In this document: positions 8,805 through 20,229 of the stretch, piece by piece
Numbering within the stretch: position 1 is the first letter of the stretch
How the letters are laid out: each line of letters begins with the position of its first letter
Source: an uncultured Verrucomicrobiae bacterium
GTDB taxonomy: Bacteria; Verrucomicrobiota; Verrucomicrobiia; Chthoniobacterales; JAFAMB01
Length of the DNA: 64,000 nucleotides
Reading direction: 5' to 3'
NCBI GenBank assembly: GCA_963762565.1
Contig: CAVXLD010000007.1
Coordinates: 576,001 to 640,000 of the forward strand
Made by a program: the position numbers and the translations under genes
The notes under the pieces: model-generated
Seen by the model: the letters and a program-made list of their open reading frames with translations, nothing else
What the model was told of the DNA's origin: nothing
Database searches by the model: none

Positions 8805-11045
8805 ATGGCACAGAGTCCCTCAGTCTTAGGAACTCCACATCAACGCGTTGACGGCAGGCTAAAAGTCACGGGTACAGCGGTCTACGCTGCCGACTTCAAA
8901 CTCGATCGCACTGCTTGGGCGTGCTTGATCCAAAGCACGATCGCCAGTGGCGCCGTTATCGAGATCGATCAAAGTGAAGCTGAGCGGGCGCCGGGTGTGA
9001 TCGCGATTTTGACTCGCCGGAACGCGCCCAAGTGGCATGCGTTCCCTGAAGAACTTACGGCCAATGGAACACCAGGCGAAAGCCGGCTCCCGTTTCAAGA
9101 CGACCACGTCTATTACCAAGGCCAGCACCTGGGAGCGGTTGTTGCCGAGACCTTTGAGCAGGCGCGTGAAGCTGCCGCTCTCGTCCGGATCCGATACGAG
9201 CCAGGCGAATTGCGCACGGATCTTTTGGCTCTAGCAGACCAGGCAAGCGAACCCCACATGTTCGGTGGCAGGGTAAAGCTGCAAGATAAACGCGGAGATG
9301 TGGATTGGGTCTGGGCGAATATGCCGCAGAACCGTCTGGTCAACGAGACCTACTCAACTCCGATCGAAAACCATAACCCAATCGAGCCCGGTGCAGCCTT
9401 GGCTGTTTGGGATGGTACTGACCATTTAACACTGCATCTCTCAACTCGCGGAGTTGACCTCACGCAAACGGTTGTGGCGAGTGCTTTTGGTTTACCAATC
9501 GAAAACGTGAGGATCATCTGCCCGTTTATAGGAGGCGCCTTTGGGTCGAAAGCGTTTACCTGGAGTTATTTTCTGGTTGCTGCTGCTGCCGCCCAGGTTG
9601 CCAACCGGCCAGTTCGTCTGGTACTAAGCCGCCCCCAAATGTTCGATTCCATGGGGCAGCGGGCGCGGACCGTTCAAACCATTGGTTTGGCTGCCGATGA
9701 AAATGGCAAGCTGGCGGCGCTCAAGCATTCCACCTTGACGCATTCGTCCATGGTTTATCAGTACACCGAGCCGTGTGGGGAGTTGACCCGGTTGATGTAC
9801 TCCTGTCCAAACATTCAGATCAGCCACCGCTTGGTCCAACTCGATTTCACCACGCCGTGCCCGATGCGTGCACCCGGGCAAGCGCCCGGTTTTTTCGCAC
9901 TCGAATCGGCAATGGACGAATTGGCAGTGAAACTGAACATTGATCCGGTCGAACTGCGGATGCGCAACTACGCGGAGAAAGACGAGTTCGATCAGCGGGC
10001 CTGGTCCAGCAAGCATCTCAAGGAATGCTATGACCGAGGTGCGACCAAATTCGGTTGGTCGTCTCGCAATCCGAAACCGGGTTCGACGCGAGATCCCGAT
10101 GGCAAGTTAGTAGGCTGGGGGATGGCAACCGCTATTTACCCGGCAAATCAGCGGCCGGCAGCCGCTAAGGCGATTCTTTCGAATGACGGATCTATCGTGG
10201 TGCGAAGCGCGACGCACGAGTCGGGCACCGGGACTTATACGGTAATGACCCAATTCGTCGCCGACACTCTTGGAGTCCCCATGGAGCGGGTCAGCTTTGA
10301 GCTTGGTGATACTGATTTTCCACCAGCGCCGGTAAACGGCGGATCTTGGCTAACTGCCAGCGTCGCGCCCGCCGTGGTCGCGGCTTGTAACGCCCTCCGA
10401 GATAAGCTGATTTCTTTGGCGGTCGACGGTCCTTCTGCTCCGCTGACCGGTCAGGCCAGGGCCGATATCGTTATTGCAGATGGCCGCGTTAGCAGCACTA
10501 AAGACACATCAAAATCGCTGTCGTTTTCCGATCTACTCACCAAGACCGGTAACCAAACCTTGGAGGCAGACGGTAGCGCGAAACCCGGCGATGCCTATCA
10601 GAAGCTGTCCTTTTTTTCCTTCGGCGCCACTTTTGTAGAAGTCAAAGTCGACCCTGATCTTGGCGAGGTTCGCGTAAGCCGGGTTGTTGGTGCCTATGAT
10701 GTAGGCAAAATCCTGAACCCGCTGTTAGCTAGGAGCCAGCTCCTCGGCGGAATTAGTTTCGGCATCGGAATGGCCTTGATGGAGGGAACAATCCCGGATA
10801 TGTCCACCGGCCGGATGGTCAACGCGAATCTAGCTGAATACCATGTCCCGGTCTTTACCGACATTCCCACAGACTTTGTAGTCGACTTTCTCGATATACC
10901 GGACCCGAACATGGCAGATAACGGCGCCCGCGGCTTGGGCGAAATCGGCATCGTCGGTGTTCCGGCCGCGATCGCGAACGCAGTTTATCATGCAACTGGG
11001 AAACGCATTCGTGACCTGCCAATCACGCCGGACAAGCTGGTCTGA
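8805..11045 (+). CDS. paoC: Aldehyde oxidoreductase molybdopterin-binding subunit (PaoC/YagR-like)
   Basis: RVDGRLKVTG, GGAFGSK, MRAPG, GLGEIGIVG, RIRDLPITPDKL; start trimmed to ATG 8805. Confidence 0.9.
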   Translation: MAQSPSVLGTPHQRVDGRLKVTGTAVYAADFKLDRTAWACLIQSTIASGAVIEIDQSEAERAPGVIAILTRRNAPKWHAFPEELTANGTPGESRLPFQDDHVYYQGQHLGAVVAETFEQAREAAALVRIRYEPGELRTDLLALADQASEPHMFGGRVKLQDKRGDVDWVWANMPQNRLVNETYSTPIENHNPIEPGAALAVWDGTDHLTLHLSTRGVDLTQTVVASAFGLPIENVRIICPFIGGAFGSKAFTWSYFLVAAAAAQVANRPVRLVLSRPQMFDSMGQRARTVQTIGLAADENGKLAALKHSTLTHSSMVYQYTEPCGELTRLMYSCPNIQISHRLVQLDFTTPCPMRAPGQAPGFFALESAMDELAVKLNIDPVELRMRNYAEKDEFDQRAWSSKHLKECYDRGATKFGWSSRNPKPGSTRDPDGKLVGWGMATAIYPANQRPAAAKAILSNDGSIVVRSATHESGTGTYTVMTQFVADTLGVPMERVSFELGDTDFPPAPVNGGSWLTASVAPAVVAACNALRDKLISLAVDGPSAPLTGQARADIVIADGRVSSTKDTSKSLSFSDLLTKTGNQTLEADGSAKPGDAYQKLSFFSFGATFVEVKVDPDLGEVRVSRVVGAYDVGKILNPLLARSQLLGGISFGIGMALMEGTIPDMSTGRMVNANLAEYHVPVFTDIPTDFVVDFLDIPDPNMADNGARGLGEIGIVGVPAAIANAVYHATGKRIRDLPITPDKLV

Positions 11046-11067
11046 GGCCGTCAGGGACGGGCGCCCC

Positions 11068-11346
11068 GGAGGGGAGCCGCTTTGGTGCGCGCGCAAGGAA
11101 CCTCGCACATTCCTTCTAGCGCGAGGAGAGGCCAAACTGTGGGTTAAACAGGCGGCTCCCGCGAATTACCCAGTGCCTGTTCTACCCATTCGTTCTGTTT
11201 GGGCGTTTGATGCGCACGGGCCTGATAGAACGAACTGAACGTTGGGTCATTCCCGGGAGCCGCCTGTTATCCAAGCTTTCCGGTCTTGCCAACGATTGAC
11301 CAATGCTGCGAGTTCGTTAAGCACACGCCAAAGCGGCTCCCCTCCA
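11068..11346. repeat. Four-motif long palindromic element, copy 2
   Basis: Same four GGGAGCCGC-core motifs as 2001-2261. Confidence 0.9.
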
Positions 11347-11428
11347 GATTTGCTATCTGCTATTATTTCGTGCCGACCACGAAATCTGGCTTGCTCTATT
11401 TGCTCCAGGCGGGACAATGGCGGCCCAT

Positions 11429-11902
11429 ATGAGGAGTCTGTTCTGTTTGGCAGCAATTGCCATGGCTGGCTGTTCTTTCGATCCGTTGGGCGCACACGAC
11501 CCGTTGAGTGGACACGATCCGTTAAACGGACACCTGGTTGACCAGGGCACCCGAACGGCTGAGCAAACCAATTACCCCCCTGAAACGTTAAGAGAACAGA
11601 CCTTTGTCCAATCTAATCCGATTTCTTATCAAGAGAAACGCGACGGTACGTCCGACGACATTCATACCGCATCGAAGCTTGGCGCCAAATTAGCCCGCGA
11701 AACGGGAACGAACGGCCTAATCGCGGTGCCGGTGAATGCGGCCCAAGGAAGTACGACGTTTGCTGAGGTCATGGTTTACGATACCGCCCGGCATAGCTTG
11801 GTGAACAACACCGTCTATCGATTTAGCTACACGCCACCGGCGGGTCAGACGCTGCAGTTGGACGGCATTACTGCGGTGTTCCAGACGCGGGGCGGCGAAT
11901 AA
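11429..11902 (+). CDS. Hypothetical lipoprotein
   Basis: MRSLFCLAAIAMAGC lipobox-like signal followed by short (H)DPLxG repeats. Confidence 0.6.
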   Translation: MRSLFCLAAIAMAGCSFDPLGAHDPLSGHDPLNGHLVDQGTRTAEQTNYPPETLREQTFVQSNPISYQEKRDGTSDDIHTASKLGAKLARETGTNGLIAVPVNAAQGSTTFAEVMVYDTARHSLVNNTVYRFSYTPPAGQTLQLDGITAVFQTRGGE

Positions 11903-11997
11903 GGAGACGTGATTGGTGACTAGTGATTAGTGACTGGTGGCAAACGGCGCCGTCTTTCACCAATCACCACTCACTAATCACCAATCATCTGGCCTTC

Positions 11998-12831
11998 CTA
12001 CTCCAACTCTTCCGCCACCCGGTGCTCGATTTCGCCGGCCTGTCCCGGGTCGCGCTTAGAGATCAAGTCCAGCTCGACTGCTAATTCATCCAACTCCTCG
12101 CCGCCTGCCATCATCTGAAGTAAGTTTTCGCGATGGGTCTGTTCTCGTTTGAACGTCCCGTAGCTTCGGCCCCGATTCAGAACCGTGAAAGTGTCACCTA
12201 CGGCCCACGCGTGATGGACGTTGTGGGTGATGAAAATCACGCCGATCCCTTTTAGCTTGGATTGGACGATATACTTGAGTACGACCGCGGCCTCCTTGAC
12301 CCCGAGCGCCGATGTTGGTTCGTCCAAGATCAATACTTTCGCCCCGAAATAAACCGCTCGCGCAATCGCTACCGCTTGGCGTTCGCCCCCGGAAAGTGTC
12401 CCTACCGGTTGATCGGCATCCCGGATCTTGATTCCAATCTTTCGTAACTCTTCTTCCGTGATCTTGGCGGCGTATTTCGAATCAAATAGCTGAACCGGAC
12501 CGAGTCGTTTTTTTGGCTCACGACCAAGGAAAAAGTTTCGGGTAATACTCATCAGCGACAACATCGCCAAATCTTGGAACACAGTTGCGATGCCCATATC
12601 CAAAGCTTGGCGGGGTGAATCGAGGTGGACAGGTTTCCCTTCGAAAAAAAACTCTCCCCGGCTCGGGCCATGTACTCCCGAAAGAATCTTGATCAGGGTT
12701 GACTTACCCGCGCCGTTATCACCGAGCAAGCAATGGACTTCCCCAGGACAAAGCTGGAATGAGATGTCCTCAAGCGCATTAACTTTGCCGAAGTGCTTCG
12801 AAATTCCTTCGAGCTTAATGATCGGGTCCAT
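11998..12831 (-). CDS. Monosaccharide ABC transporter ATP-binding protein
   Basis: [27 protein letters not shown]. Confidence 0.93.
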   Translation of the reverse strand: MDPIIKLEGISKHFGKVNALEDISFQLCPGEVHCLLGDNGAGKSTLIKILSGVHGPSRGEFFFEGKPVHLDSPRQALDMGIATVFQDLAMLSLMSITRNFFLGREPKKRLGPVQLFDSKYAAKITEEELRKIGIKIRDADQPVGTLSGGERQAVAIARAVYFGAKVLILDEPTSALGVKEAAVVLKYIVQSKLKGIGVIFITHNVHHAWAVGDTFTVLNRGRSYGTFKREQTHRENLLQMMAGGEELDELAVELDLISKRDPGQAGEIEHRVAEELE

Positions 12832-12847
12832 ATAGATCTCGATGAAG

Positions 12848-13831
12848 TTAGCGGCTGCGCAATGCGCGGTGTCGCAAATAATTGTTTAAAAGAACTGCGG
12901 CTAGCAGCATACCGCCCAGTACCGCCCGGAACCAGTCCGTGCTGATATTAGTAAAAACAATGCCTTCCTGGACCATCCCGAGAATCCAGGCGCCGATAGC
13001 GGCCCCATAAACAGACCCGTAACCACCGCTCAATAGACAGCCGCCGATCACCGCGGAGGCAATGGCTTCTAGCTCCTTTTGTTCGCCCCGCAGCACATCC
13101 GCCGAGCCTGTATCGAGCACCTGAATAACCGCGAGTAGGGTAGCCGATACCGCGGTTAGCATGAATAAGCTGATCTTCACCCGGGCAACGGGAACGCCAA
13201 CATTGCGTGCGGCCAAGGGATCTCCGCCGGAGGCAAAAACCCAGTTCCCAAACGGCGTCCGGAACAACATCCAACCCAGGATTAGGCTGAGGCCGATCCA
13301 CCACCAGATTGAAATCGTTATGCCCAGGGGCCTTCCTAAGAAAAGCGGGGCCAGGAAATCGCCCTCGGTGTAGGCGCCCAGGCCTGAAGCTCGAGTGACA
13401 TTGGTAATTAGAAGTGTGAATCCAATGGTAAGTCCTCGCAGCAAGAACATGGAAGCCAACGTGATGATGAAGGAAGGCAGTCTGGTGGCAACCACTAACC
13501 AGCCGTTTATATAGCCGACTACCAGCGAAAATAAAAACGCGACAATAATTGACAACCAAAGCGGCCAGTTAAACTGGGTAACGGCCAAGGCGATGATCAT
13601 GCCGGCAGCGCCGATCATTGAGCCGACCGATAGGTCGAACTCGCCAGCAATCATGAGTAGTGAAACTGAGACTGCCAGAATACCAACCTGAGCCGCTACC
13701 TCGAGGACGTTAGTTTGCGCGCTGATCGTTAGGAACCCTTCACCGGCTACGGCCGCAAAAAAGACAAAAATCCCCACGGCCGCGATGAAGGCGCCGAACT
13801 CGGGACGCGTGAGCAATTTCTTGAAGTTCAA
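12848..13831 (-). CDS. Monosaccharide ABC transporter permease
   Basis: [43 protein letters not shown]. Confidence 0.92.
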   Translation of the reverse strand: MNFKKLLTRPEFGAFIAAVGIFVFFAAVAGEGFLTISAQTNVLEVAAQVGILAVSVSLLMIAGEFDLSVGSMIGAAGMIIALAVTQFNWPLWLSIIVAFLFSLVVGYINGWLVVATRLPSFIITLASMFLLRGLTIGFTLLITNVTRASGLGAYTEGDFLAPLFLGRPLGITISIWWWIGLSLILGWMLFRTPFGNWVFASGGDPLAARNVGVPVARVKISLFMLTAVSATLLAVIQVLDTGSADVLRGEQKELEAIASAVIGGCLLSGGYGSVYGAAIGAWILGMVQEGIVFTNISTDWFRAVLGGMLLAAVLLNNYLRHRALRSR

Positions 13832-13892
13832 GGGTCCTCTCCAAGGGTTGCCGGGGCCGGCCTGCTAACGCGATCCAACCCCGGCAGGTTAA

Positions 13893-14840
13893 CTAACGAA
13901 TCCCTTTCTTAGATAAGCTGATTACTTGGGCCGCGTTTTCTGGGGTAACAAAACCGGGGCCGGTCAAAATTGTGTCGTTAGCGGGCAACAATCCGTACTC
14001 GATATAATTGTCCATGACGATCACCGGCAGATATCCCTGCAGGAACTGTTGCTGGTCGATGGCGAAGTCCATTTGTTTTTTCGCGAGCGCCTGCAGAACG
14101 GTCGGTGATAAATCAAAGGTGCCGAACTTTACTTTTCCAGTCAGACCAGCGTTTTGGAGTGCCTGAAGCGCAGGTTCAGCACCGGCTGGTCCAAGCGCGA
14201 GGATGCCTTGAACATCTGGATTCTTCTGCAAATAGGCAGCCACTGCGTCCCGGGATTGGGTAAAATCCATGGTCACAGCCAGAACCTCGGCCGGTGTGCC
14301 TAACCCCTCGGAAAATCCTTTTGCCCGGAGATCAAGGGCCACGTTGCCGACCTCTTGGTTAATCACGACTGCCTTTTTTACCCCTTCTGCAGCCATCCGT
14401 TCACCAGCCCCTTTGCCCGCTATTTCCTCTTCCTGTCCAATGTGCATCAGACATCCCAGCTTCTTTGAAACATCTGACCCCGAGTTAATCGAGATGACGG
14501 GGATCTTAGCGGCAACGGCTGCCTTGATCGATTTACCTAGCGCGTCCGCGTCGGGAATCGAAACGATAAGGCCATCCGGCTTAGTCGCGACCGCAGCGTC
14601 GATCAATTGTGACAAGGCTACCATATCGAACTTCTCGGGCGCGCGATATTCCACATTGGCGCCGGTCTGTTTCGCGGCCAATTGAACGCCGTTCTTTACC
14701 ACGACCCAAAACGAGTCGGACACTTGGCCGTGGGTGACCACGATAATGTGCGGCTTCTTTTGGGCGATTGCCGGTATAGGAACCGCGAGGGTGGCGAGGG
14801 CAAATGCTGCGGCGATGCGCAGACTGGTCAGTTTTGACAT
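13893..14840 (-). CDS. Sugar ABC transporter substrate-binding protein (substrate unknown)
   Basis: Signal peptide; HGQVSDSFW, DQQQFLQGY, TGPGFVT of periplasmic binding protein type 1. Confidence 0.9.
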   Translation of the reverse strand: MSKLTSLRIAAAFALATLAVPIPAIAQKKPHIIVVTHGQVSDSFWVVVKNGVQLAAKQTGANVEYRAPEKFDMVALSQLIDAAVATKPDGLIVSIPDADALGKSIKAAVAAKIPVISINSGSDVSKKLGCLMHIGQEEEIAGKGAGERMAAEGVKKAVVINQEVGNVALDLRAKGFSEGLGTPAEVLAVTMDFTQSRDAVAAYLQKNPDVQGILALGPAGAEPALQALQNAGLTGKVKFGTFDLSPTVLQALAKKQMDFAIDQQQFLQGYLPVIVMDNYIEYGLLPANDTILTGPGFVTPENAAQVISLSKKGIR

Positions 14841-14894
14841 AACGGGATGGGGGACTAATGGGGGTTTTTGTTGGGAGAGCAGGGCGACGAAAGC

Positions 14895-15710
14895 TTATAC
14901 GGCTTCCGCCACGGCAGCGTCCGCCCGAGTCCCGGTGTCGACCGGAACCAGCTCGTACGCCACCCCCCGCTTGGTAAAACCGTCAATAAAATGCTGGGGA
15001 GTATTCGAGTCGGTAATGATCAGTGAAACTTCTTCCAATCGAGCATACGTCGCGAGACAGGCATGCCCGAACTTAGACGAATCTGTGAGAACATAGGTTT
15101 CGTCGGCCGAACGGATCATTGCCCGTTTGACCTCCGCATCCAGCGGATTCGGGGTGCTGTGGCCGTGGGTAAGGGTGGTGCCGGAAGTGCCGAGGAAAGC
15201 CCGATCCGCGTGAAAGTTCTCCAAGGTCCCAACAGCAACCGGACCAATAAGAGTCAAGCTGTGATTCCGAACCTGACCTCCTACCAGCAGCAATTCATAA
15301 CCTGCGCGCGCGAGTTCCAAAGAAGCCGGAACGGAGTTGGTGATTACAAATAAGGATCTGAACCGTCCTACTAAAGCCGCGGCCAACGATAGCGTGGTCG
15401 TGCCGCCATCCAGAATAATCGTGTCTCCTTCGTGGATGCGCTCAATCGCAGCGCGGGCGATCCCTTCTTTCTGAGTGGCCTTTAGTTGAACTCTCTCAAT
15501 AAAGGAGATATTGAATCGGCTCCGATGGGAGAACACAGCCCCTCCGTAGGTCCGCTGCAACAGGCCTTGTTCTTCAAGTTCGGCAAGATCTTTGCGAATG
15601 GTGACCTGGCTAACCGCAAATCGCTCCGCCAGGTTCTCCACCTTCACATTGCCTTCGTGCTCGAGGAGACGAAGGATCTGGTGCCTTCGATCTTCGGCAG
15701 TCGCAAACAA
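14895..15710 (-). CDS. DeoR/GlpR family transcriptional regulator
   Basis: VSQVTIRKDL HTH, RTYGGA, ILDGGTT, DSSKFG. Confidence 0.93.
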   Translation of the reverse strand: MFATAEDRRHQILRLLEHEGNVKVENLAERFAVSQVTIRKDLAELEEQGLLQRTYGGAVFSHRSRFNISFIERVQLKATQKEGIARAAIERIHEGDTIILDGGTTTLSLAAALVGRFRSLFVITNSVPASLELARAGYELLLVGGQVRNHSLTLIGPVAVGTLENFHADRAFLGTSGTTLTHGHSTPNPLDAEVKRAMIRSADETYVLTDSSKFGHACLATYARLEEVSLIITDSNTPQHFIDGFTKRGVAYELVPVDTGTRADAAVAEAV

Positions 15711-15952
15711 GGATGGATCGGGTTCCGGTTTCAGAATGCTTTCGATGTGATATCACATTGAAACCAAACCGGCTCCACTTTTCAAACAGAATTTTTCGAA
15801 TACAACCAGTCGTCGTCGTCTTTTGGTGGGGCGTACCGACTGCTTCGCTCAAACGGTGGGATCATTTGGGAGCCTCGCCCCACCAAAGGACGACGCCTAT
15901 ACGCTCACACACCAGATTGCTTTTCCCGCTCACCCGTGCATCCTTCACGTCC

Positions 15953-18115
15953 ATGAGACGATTGTTCCCTCTTGGGCTCGCTTGCTCAGCCTTTTTTTTC
16001 CCTTTAGCCAGTGAAGCCGCTGCTCCCTCCTTAGAAGCTGCACCGCCTACGGCTAAACAACCGGTTACAGATGTTTTCGGCGGTGTCTCGGTAAAAGACG
16101 ATTATCGCTGGTTGGAGCAGTTGACTGATCCGAAAGTCAAGGTATGGGCGGAAAAACAAAACGAGCGGGCCCAAAAGTTCCTGAACGCACTCCCGGATCG
16201 CGCTCAACTAGCTGCGCAAATAAAGAAGTTAATCACCTCCACGCCGCCGAGCATCTCAGGAGCCGAGGTAGTCGCGAATAAGATCTTTGCGTTTAAATCT
16301 GACCCCGCTAAACAACAGGCATTTGTAGTGGTAGTGAATTCACCGGACGACCCGGCCAGCGAGAAACCCGTTTGTGATCCGAATTCGATTGATCCTTCCG
16401 GTGCGACGGCAATCGATTGGTTTGTTCCATCACCGGACGGCAAAACCGTCGCCGTATCGCTATCCAAGAACGGGACTGAAGACGGCGATCTATGCTTCTT
16501 CGAGGTCGAGACTGGGAAACAGCTTCCGGATGTGATCAAGCATGTGCAATTTCCGACTGGGGGCGGGAGCGCGGCTTGGACCAAGGACAGTACAGCGGTC
16601 TTTTATACCCGGTATCCAAGAGAAGGTGAACGGCCGGCCGAAGACTTGCATTTTTATATGCAAGTTTATTTCCATAAACTTGGGTCGCCGGAATCGGAGG
16701 ACACCTATTCTATCGGGAAAGAGTTCCCGAAGATCGGGGAGGTTGTGCTCCAGTCGAACGCTAGTTCCGACTACGTTGTTGCAACCGTGGGGAACGGTGA
16801 TGGCGGGGACTATGCCCACTTTGTCTATGGGCCGGATAAAACCTGGCGCCAGATTACTAAATTCGAGGACCAGATCAAAACTGGGGTGCTTGGGTTCGGT
16901 CCGACCTTTTACGCAATTTCACTGCAAGATGCGCCCCACGGAAAAGTGGTGAAATTTGCTCTGGATACTCCTGATGCTAAGCCTGAAGTGGTTGTCCCGA
17001 CGGGCGAACCAGTCATCGAAAATATCGCGGTGACCACGGACCGGTTGGTTGTGTCGACCATGGAAGGTGGACCTTCCGGCCTCTATTCGTACAACCTTGA
17101 TGGGTCGGACCAGAAAACCGTGGCGCTCCCGCCCATCTCGAGTGTTCCGCAATTAGCGGCCGGCGAGAATCTCGTTCTAGTTCAAATCGGGAGTTATACC
17201 CAGCTCTCCAAGTGGTTCCAGTACAGCTCGGGAACCAACCAACTCGATCCCACCAAGCTTAGTTCTGAAGCGCCGGTTAATTTTGCTGATCTGGAAGTCA
17301 CCAGAGATTTCGCTGTCTCGAAGGATGGGACTAAGATTCCTCTGAATATTGTGCATAAGAAAGGGATTGCGCTGGACGGCAGCCATCCGACCATCCTTTA
17401 CGGGTACGGTGGGTTTGGAGTCAGCGAAGTCCCGAGGGCTCGACTAACTTACCGGGCTTGGTATGACCTCGGTGGAATTTTTGTGGACACGAATATCCGT
17501 GGAGGAGGTGAATATGGCGAAGAATGGCACAAGGGTGGTAACCTCACTAACAAACAGAACTGCTTCGACGATTTTGCCGCCTGCGCCCAATATTTACTCG
17601 ATCATAAGTACACTTCGCCCGCCAAGCTGGGTATGCTTGGTGGCAGTAACGGTGGGCTCTTAATGGGAGCGATGATTACCCAACACCCGAGCATGATGCG
17701 AGCCGTGGTATCGGCGGTCGGGATCTACGATTGCTTGCGGACGGAGTTTTGGCCCAACGGCGTGTTTAACACCACTGAGTACGGCAGTGTAAAAGATCCA
17801 GTTCAGCTGAAAGCGCTGCTGGCTTACTCGCCTTATCAACATGTAGTCGATGGGACAAAATATCCGGCTATTCTAATGAGCGAGGGGCTCAATGACGGGC
17901 GGGTAGCTCCGTATAATTCTCTTAAGTTCACGGCCCGGTTGCAAGCCGCCGCTGCGCCCGGGAACCCGATCCTGCTCCGGATCAACTCATTTGGCCATGG
18001 CATCGGGAGTTCTCTGGATCAACAAGTTGCTGACCAGACCGATGTCTTCTCTTTCTTTACCTACGAACTCGGCGCCGAGCCCGGAGTACAGAAGGTAGCG
18101 GATAAGAAGAGGTGA
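15953..18115 (+). CDS. Secreted prolyl oligopeptidase (S9A)
   Basis: Signal peptide from ATG 15953; DDYRWLE, YGYGGF, GGSNGGLL, DGRV, GHG catalytic motifs. Confidence 0.93.
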   Translation: MRRLFPLGLACSAFFFPLASEAAAPSLEAAPPTAKQPVTDVFGGVSVKDDYRWLEQLTDPKVKVWAEKQNERAQKFLNALPDRAQLAAQIKKLITSTPPSISGAEVVANKIFAFKSDPAKQQAFVVVVNSPDDPASEKPVCDPNSIDPSGATAIDWFVPSPDGKTVAVSLSKNGTEDGDLCFFEVETGKQLPDVIKHVQFPTGGGSAAWTKDSTAVFYTRYPREGERPAEDLHFYMQVYFHKLGSPESEDTYSIGKEFPKIGEVVLQSNASSDYVVATVGNGDGGDYAHFVYGPDKTWRQITKFEDQIKTGVLGFGPTFYAISLQDAPHGKVVKFALDTPDAKPEVVVPTGEPVIENIAVTTDRLVVSTMEGGPSGLYSYNLDGSDQKTVALPPISSVPQLAAGENLVLVQIGSYTQLSKWFQYSSGTNQLDPTKLSSEAPVNFADLEVTRDFAVSKDGTKIPLNIVHKKGIALDGSHPTILYGYGGFGVSEVPRARLTYRAWYDLGGIFVDTNIRGGGEYGEEWHKGGNLTNKQNCFDDFAACAQYLLDHKYTSPAKLGMLGGSNGGLLMGAMITQHPSMMRAVVSAVGIYDCLRTEFWPNGVFNTTEYGSVKDPVQLKALLAYSPYQHVVDGTKYPAILMSEGLNDGRVAPYNSLKFTARLQAAAAPGNPILLRINSFGHGIGSSLDQQVADQTDVFSFFTYELGAEPGVQKVADKKR

Positions 18116-18228
18116 TTGGTGATTCGTGATTGGTGGGGAGGGATCGCGTCCCCGCGATCTTTCGTTACCGGATCCCGGCGCGTTTGCCATTGTGGGATTT
18201 GATTGCGCCTCCAGGTCGGAAACGTTTT

Positions 18229-19851
18229 TCACGGCGCGCGGGGACGCGCGCCCTCCCCGATTTGCAACCCGCTAACCCCGTCAGTCATCTCATCAAACAA
18301 CGCTCCCACCTGCAATGAGAATGCCGCAACTGCGCATACCAACAACGGCAATGCATAGCGATCATTGAAATAGTCGCAGACACAATTGGCGAAATAAAGG
18401 ATCGCGGCGTTCAGCAATAATGCTTGGGAAAACCAAGCAATATTTGCTTGCTGGCGCCTTATCAGGAAAATGGTTAGTCCGAAATTAACTAATACCAGAA
18501 CCGCGATCGGAACTGGCCCCCATAGCATCAGATAGGGATCGGTGCTAGCCCGATCCACCAATGCTGATGCTGTCTTCAGGTCGTCGATGGAGTGAAGCTG
18601 CTCCAACGGCTGCCAGCCTTTAGGATCTTCCTGACGCATGCGTGCAGCGGTGCGATTCGCTAAAAAACGGTTGAGGCTCAGCTTGCTATTATCCTCGCGC
18701 ACATAGCCGTGCAGGAAATCAGATAGAATTAGGTCGATCAATTTCGGGTGAAGCGTTCTGAGATAGGCCAGGGCTGCGTCGAAAACCACCACATCGCTGC
18801 GCGCTTGGAGTGCGCTCTGCGGGATTCCTTCTTGGCGGAGCGCGTCTTGAATTGTGTTAGCTAGTTCGTCATGGGACACTCCTACCTTAGACTCTGCTCT
18901 TATCGCCACCTGAACGATCGGATCAGGCTCGGCAGTAACCAGCTTTTCGACTAACGCGGCCCGCTCTGAATTGGACAATTTATAGAGAAACGAGGTGGCT
19001 CGATCGATTAGAACGAAGCCTAAGTCCGTGCGGTACGGTTCTCCAGCCGCCGCAATCATGGTTCTGACGATTAGGGTGTCAGCCAATAAAGCAAAGGCTC
19101 CGCAAGCTATCGCGATCCCAAGTTTGGTCAGATCTTGAATGAATATCGGGCGTCGTCGCCATAGCGACCAGATGAGATGGCCTGTTATCACCAGCGGTAA
19201 CCAAAGAACGAACAAGTAGTTGATATGCCTGGTGCCGAAGGCAACCAACAAGGCGATCGTGAATACAACCCAAGCCGTTAAAGACGCTTTGCTTCGATAC
19301 GCCCACAGCCCGGTGACGGTCAGCAGAATGATGGCGGTGACACTGGGCGCTTCGGAGCCGGCACATTGCTGGTGAGCATATAGCGAACTCGCGGCGATGC
19401 AGCCGAGAGTTATCGCGCCTCGGCCTAACGGCCCACGAGCCGCTGTTCGTACCAAGAGCGTCAACGCCAGAATCAACCCTGCATGTTGGGCAATAATTAA
19501 GAGCTCTATCCCAAGCCAAGTCGGGTGTTGTTCAGCAAAAAGGCTCGGTGCTGGAAGCGGTTGCCCGCTGAGCAAAGCCAGCACGCAATCGCCCACCCAG
19601 AAGGGAATTCTTCCCGTAAAACAATAGAGGGGCGGATAATGCAAGATGTTGGCCCATCCCGCCTTCCAAATCAGCTGCCCCAGCGCATCGACGTCCTTCC
19701 AGATTGGCGGATAAACCAGCAAAAGGTAGAGCGAAGGCAGCGACAGGAAGATCGCTGGATGCCGGCCCACTACCGTGATCGCCTTTAGCGCGACATCTAG
19801 TGCGATTCGGTAAGCCGGATGATCTCGCACCGTTTGCGATTGTTCTGACAC
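18229..19851 (-). CDS. Hypothetical multi-pass membrane protein
   Basis: 540-aa ORF with many hydrophobic segments and a large soluble loop. Confidence 0.7.
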   Translation of the reverse strand: MSEQSQTVRDHPAYRIALDVALKAITVVGRHPAIFLSLPSLYLLLVYPPIWKDVDALGQLIWKAGWANILHYPPLYCFTGRIPFWVGDCVLALLSGQPLPAPSLFAEQHPTWLGIELLIIAQHAGLILALTLLVRTAARGPLGRGAITLGCIAASSLYAHQQCAGSEAPSVTAIILLTVTGLWAYRSKASLTAWVVFTIALLVAFGTRHINYLFVLWLPLVITGHLIWSLWRRRPIFIQDLTKLGIAIACGAFALLADTLIVRTMIAAAGEPYRTDLGFVLIDRATSFLYKLSNSERAALVEKLVTAEPDPIVQVAIRAESKVGVSHDELANTIQDALRQEGIPQSALQARSDVVVFDAALAYLRTLHPKLIDLILSDFLHGYVREDNSKLSLNRFLANRTAARMRQEDPKGWQPLEQLHSIDDLKTASALVDRASTDPYLMLWGPVPIAVLVLVNFGLTIFLIRRQQANIAWFSQALLLNAAILYFANCVCDYFNDRYALPLLVCAVAAFSLQVGALFDEMTDGVSGLQIGEGARPRAP

Positions 19852-19930
19852 GACGTCATCTAGCCCGAAACCCTAGCGCCGCCAAGGTACTTCGTACGCG
19901 GCGTTCCAGTTGATGTGATGCGTGATCGCC

Positions 19931-20229
19931 CAGCGCCTGGAGGGGAGCCGCTTTGGGTCGTGCCCAAAAATCTCGTGATATTCCTTTCTGGTGCGATGAA
20001 GGCCAAATAGGGTGTTGAACAGGCGGCTCCCGGGAACTACCGCACGCGATGTTTCTCCCATCGGACCGCTCGGGGGTTCTCGATCCGCTCAAAGCGCCGA
20101 TAAACCTGTCACGCGTGGAAACGTTCGCGGGAGCCGCCTGTTAAAGGAGATGTGGAGCCGTGCGCGCGCGGAAACAAATATCGCGAGGTCTCTGGGGCAC
20201 GATCCAAAGCGGCTCCCCTCCAGGTGCTG
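19931..20229. repeat. Four-motif long palindromic element, copy 3
   Basis: Same four motifs; arms extensively self-complementary. Confidence 0.9.
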
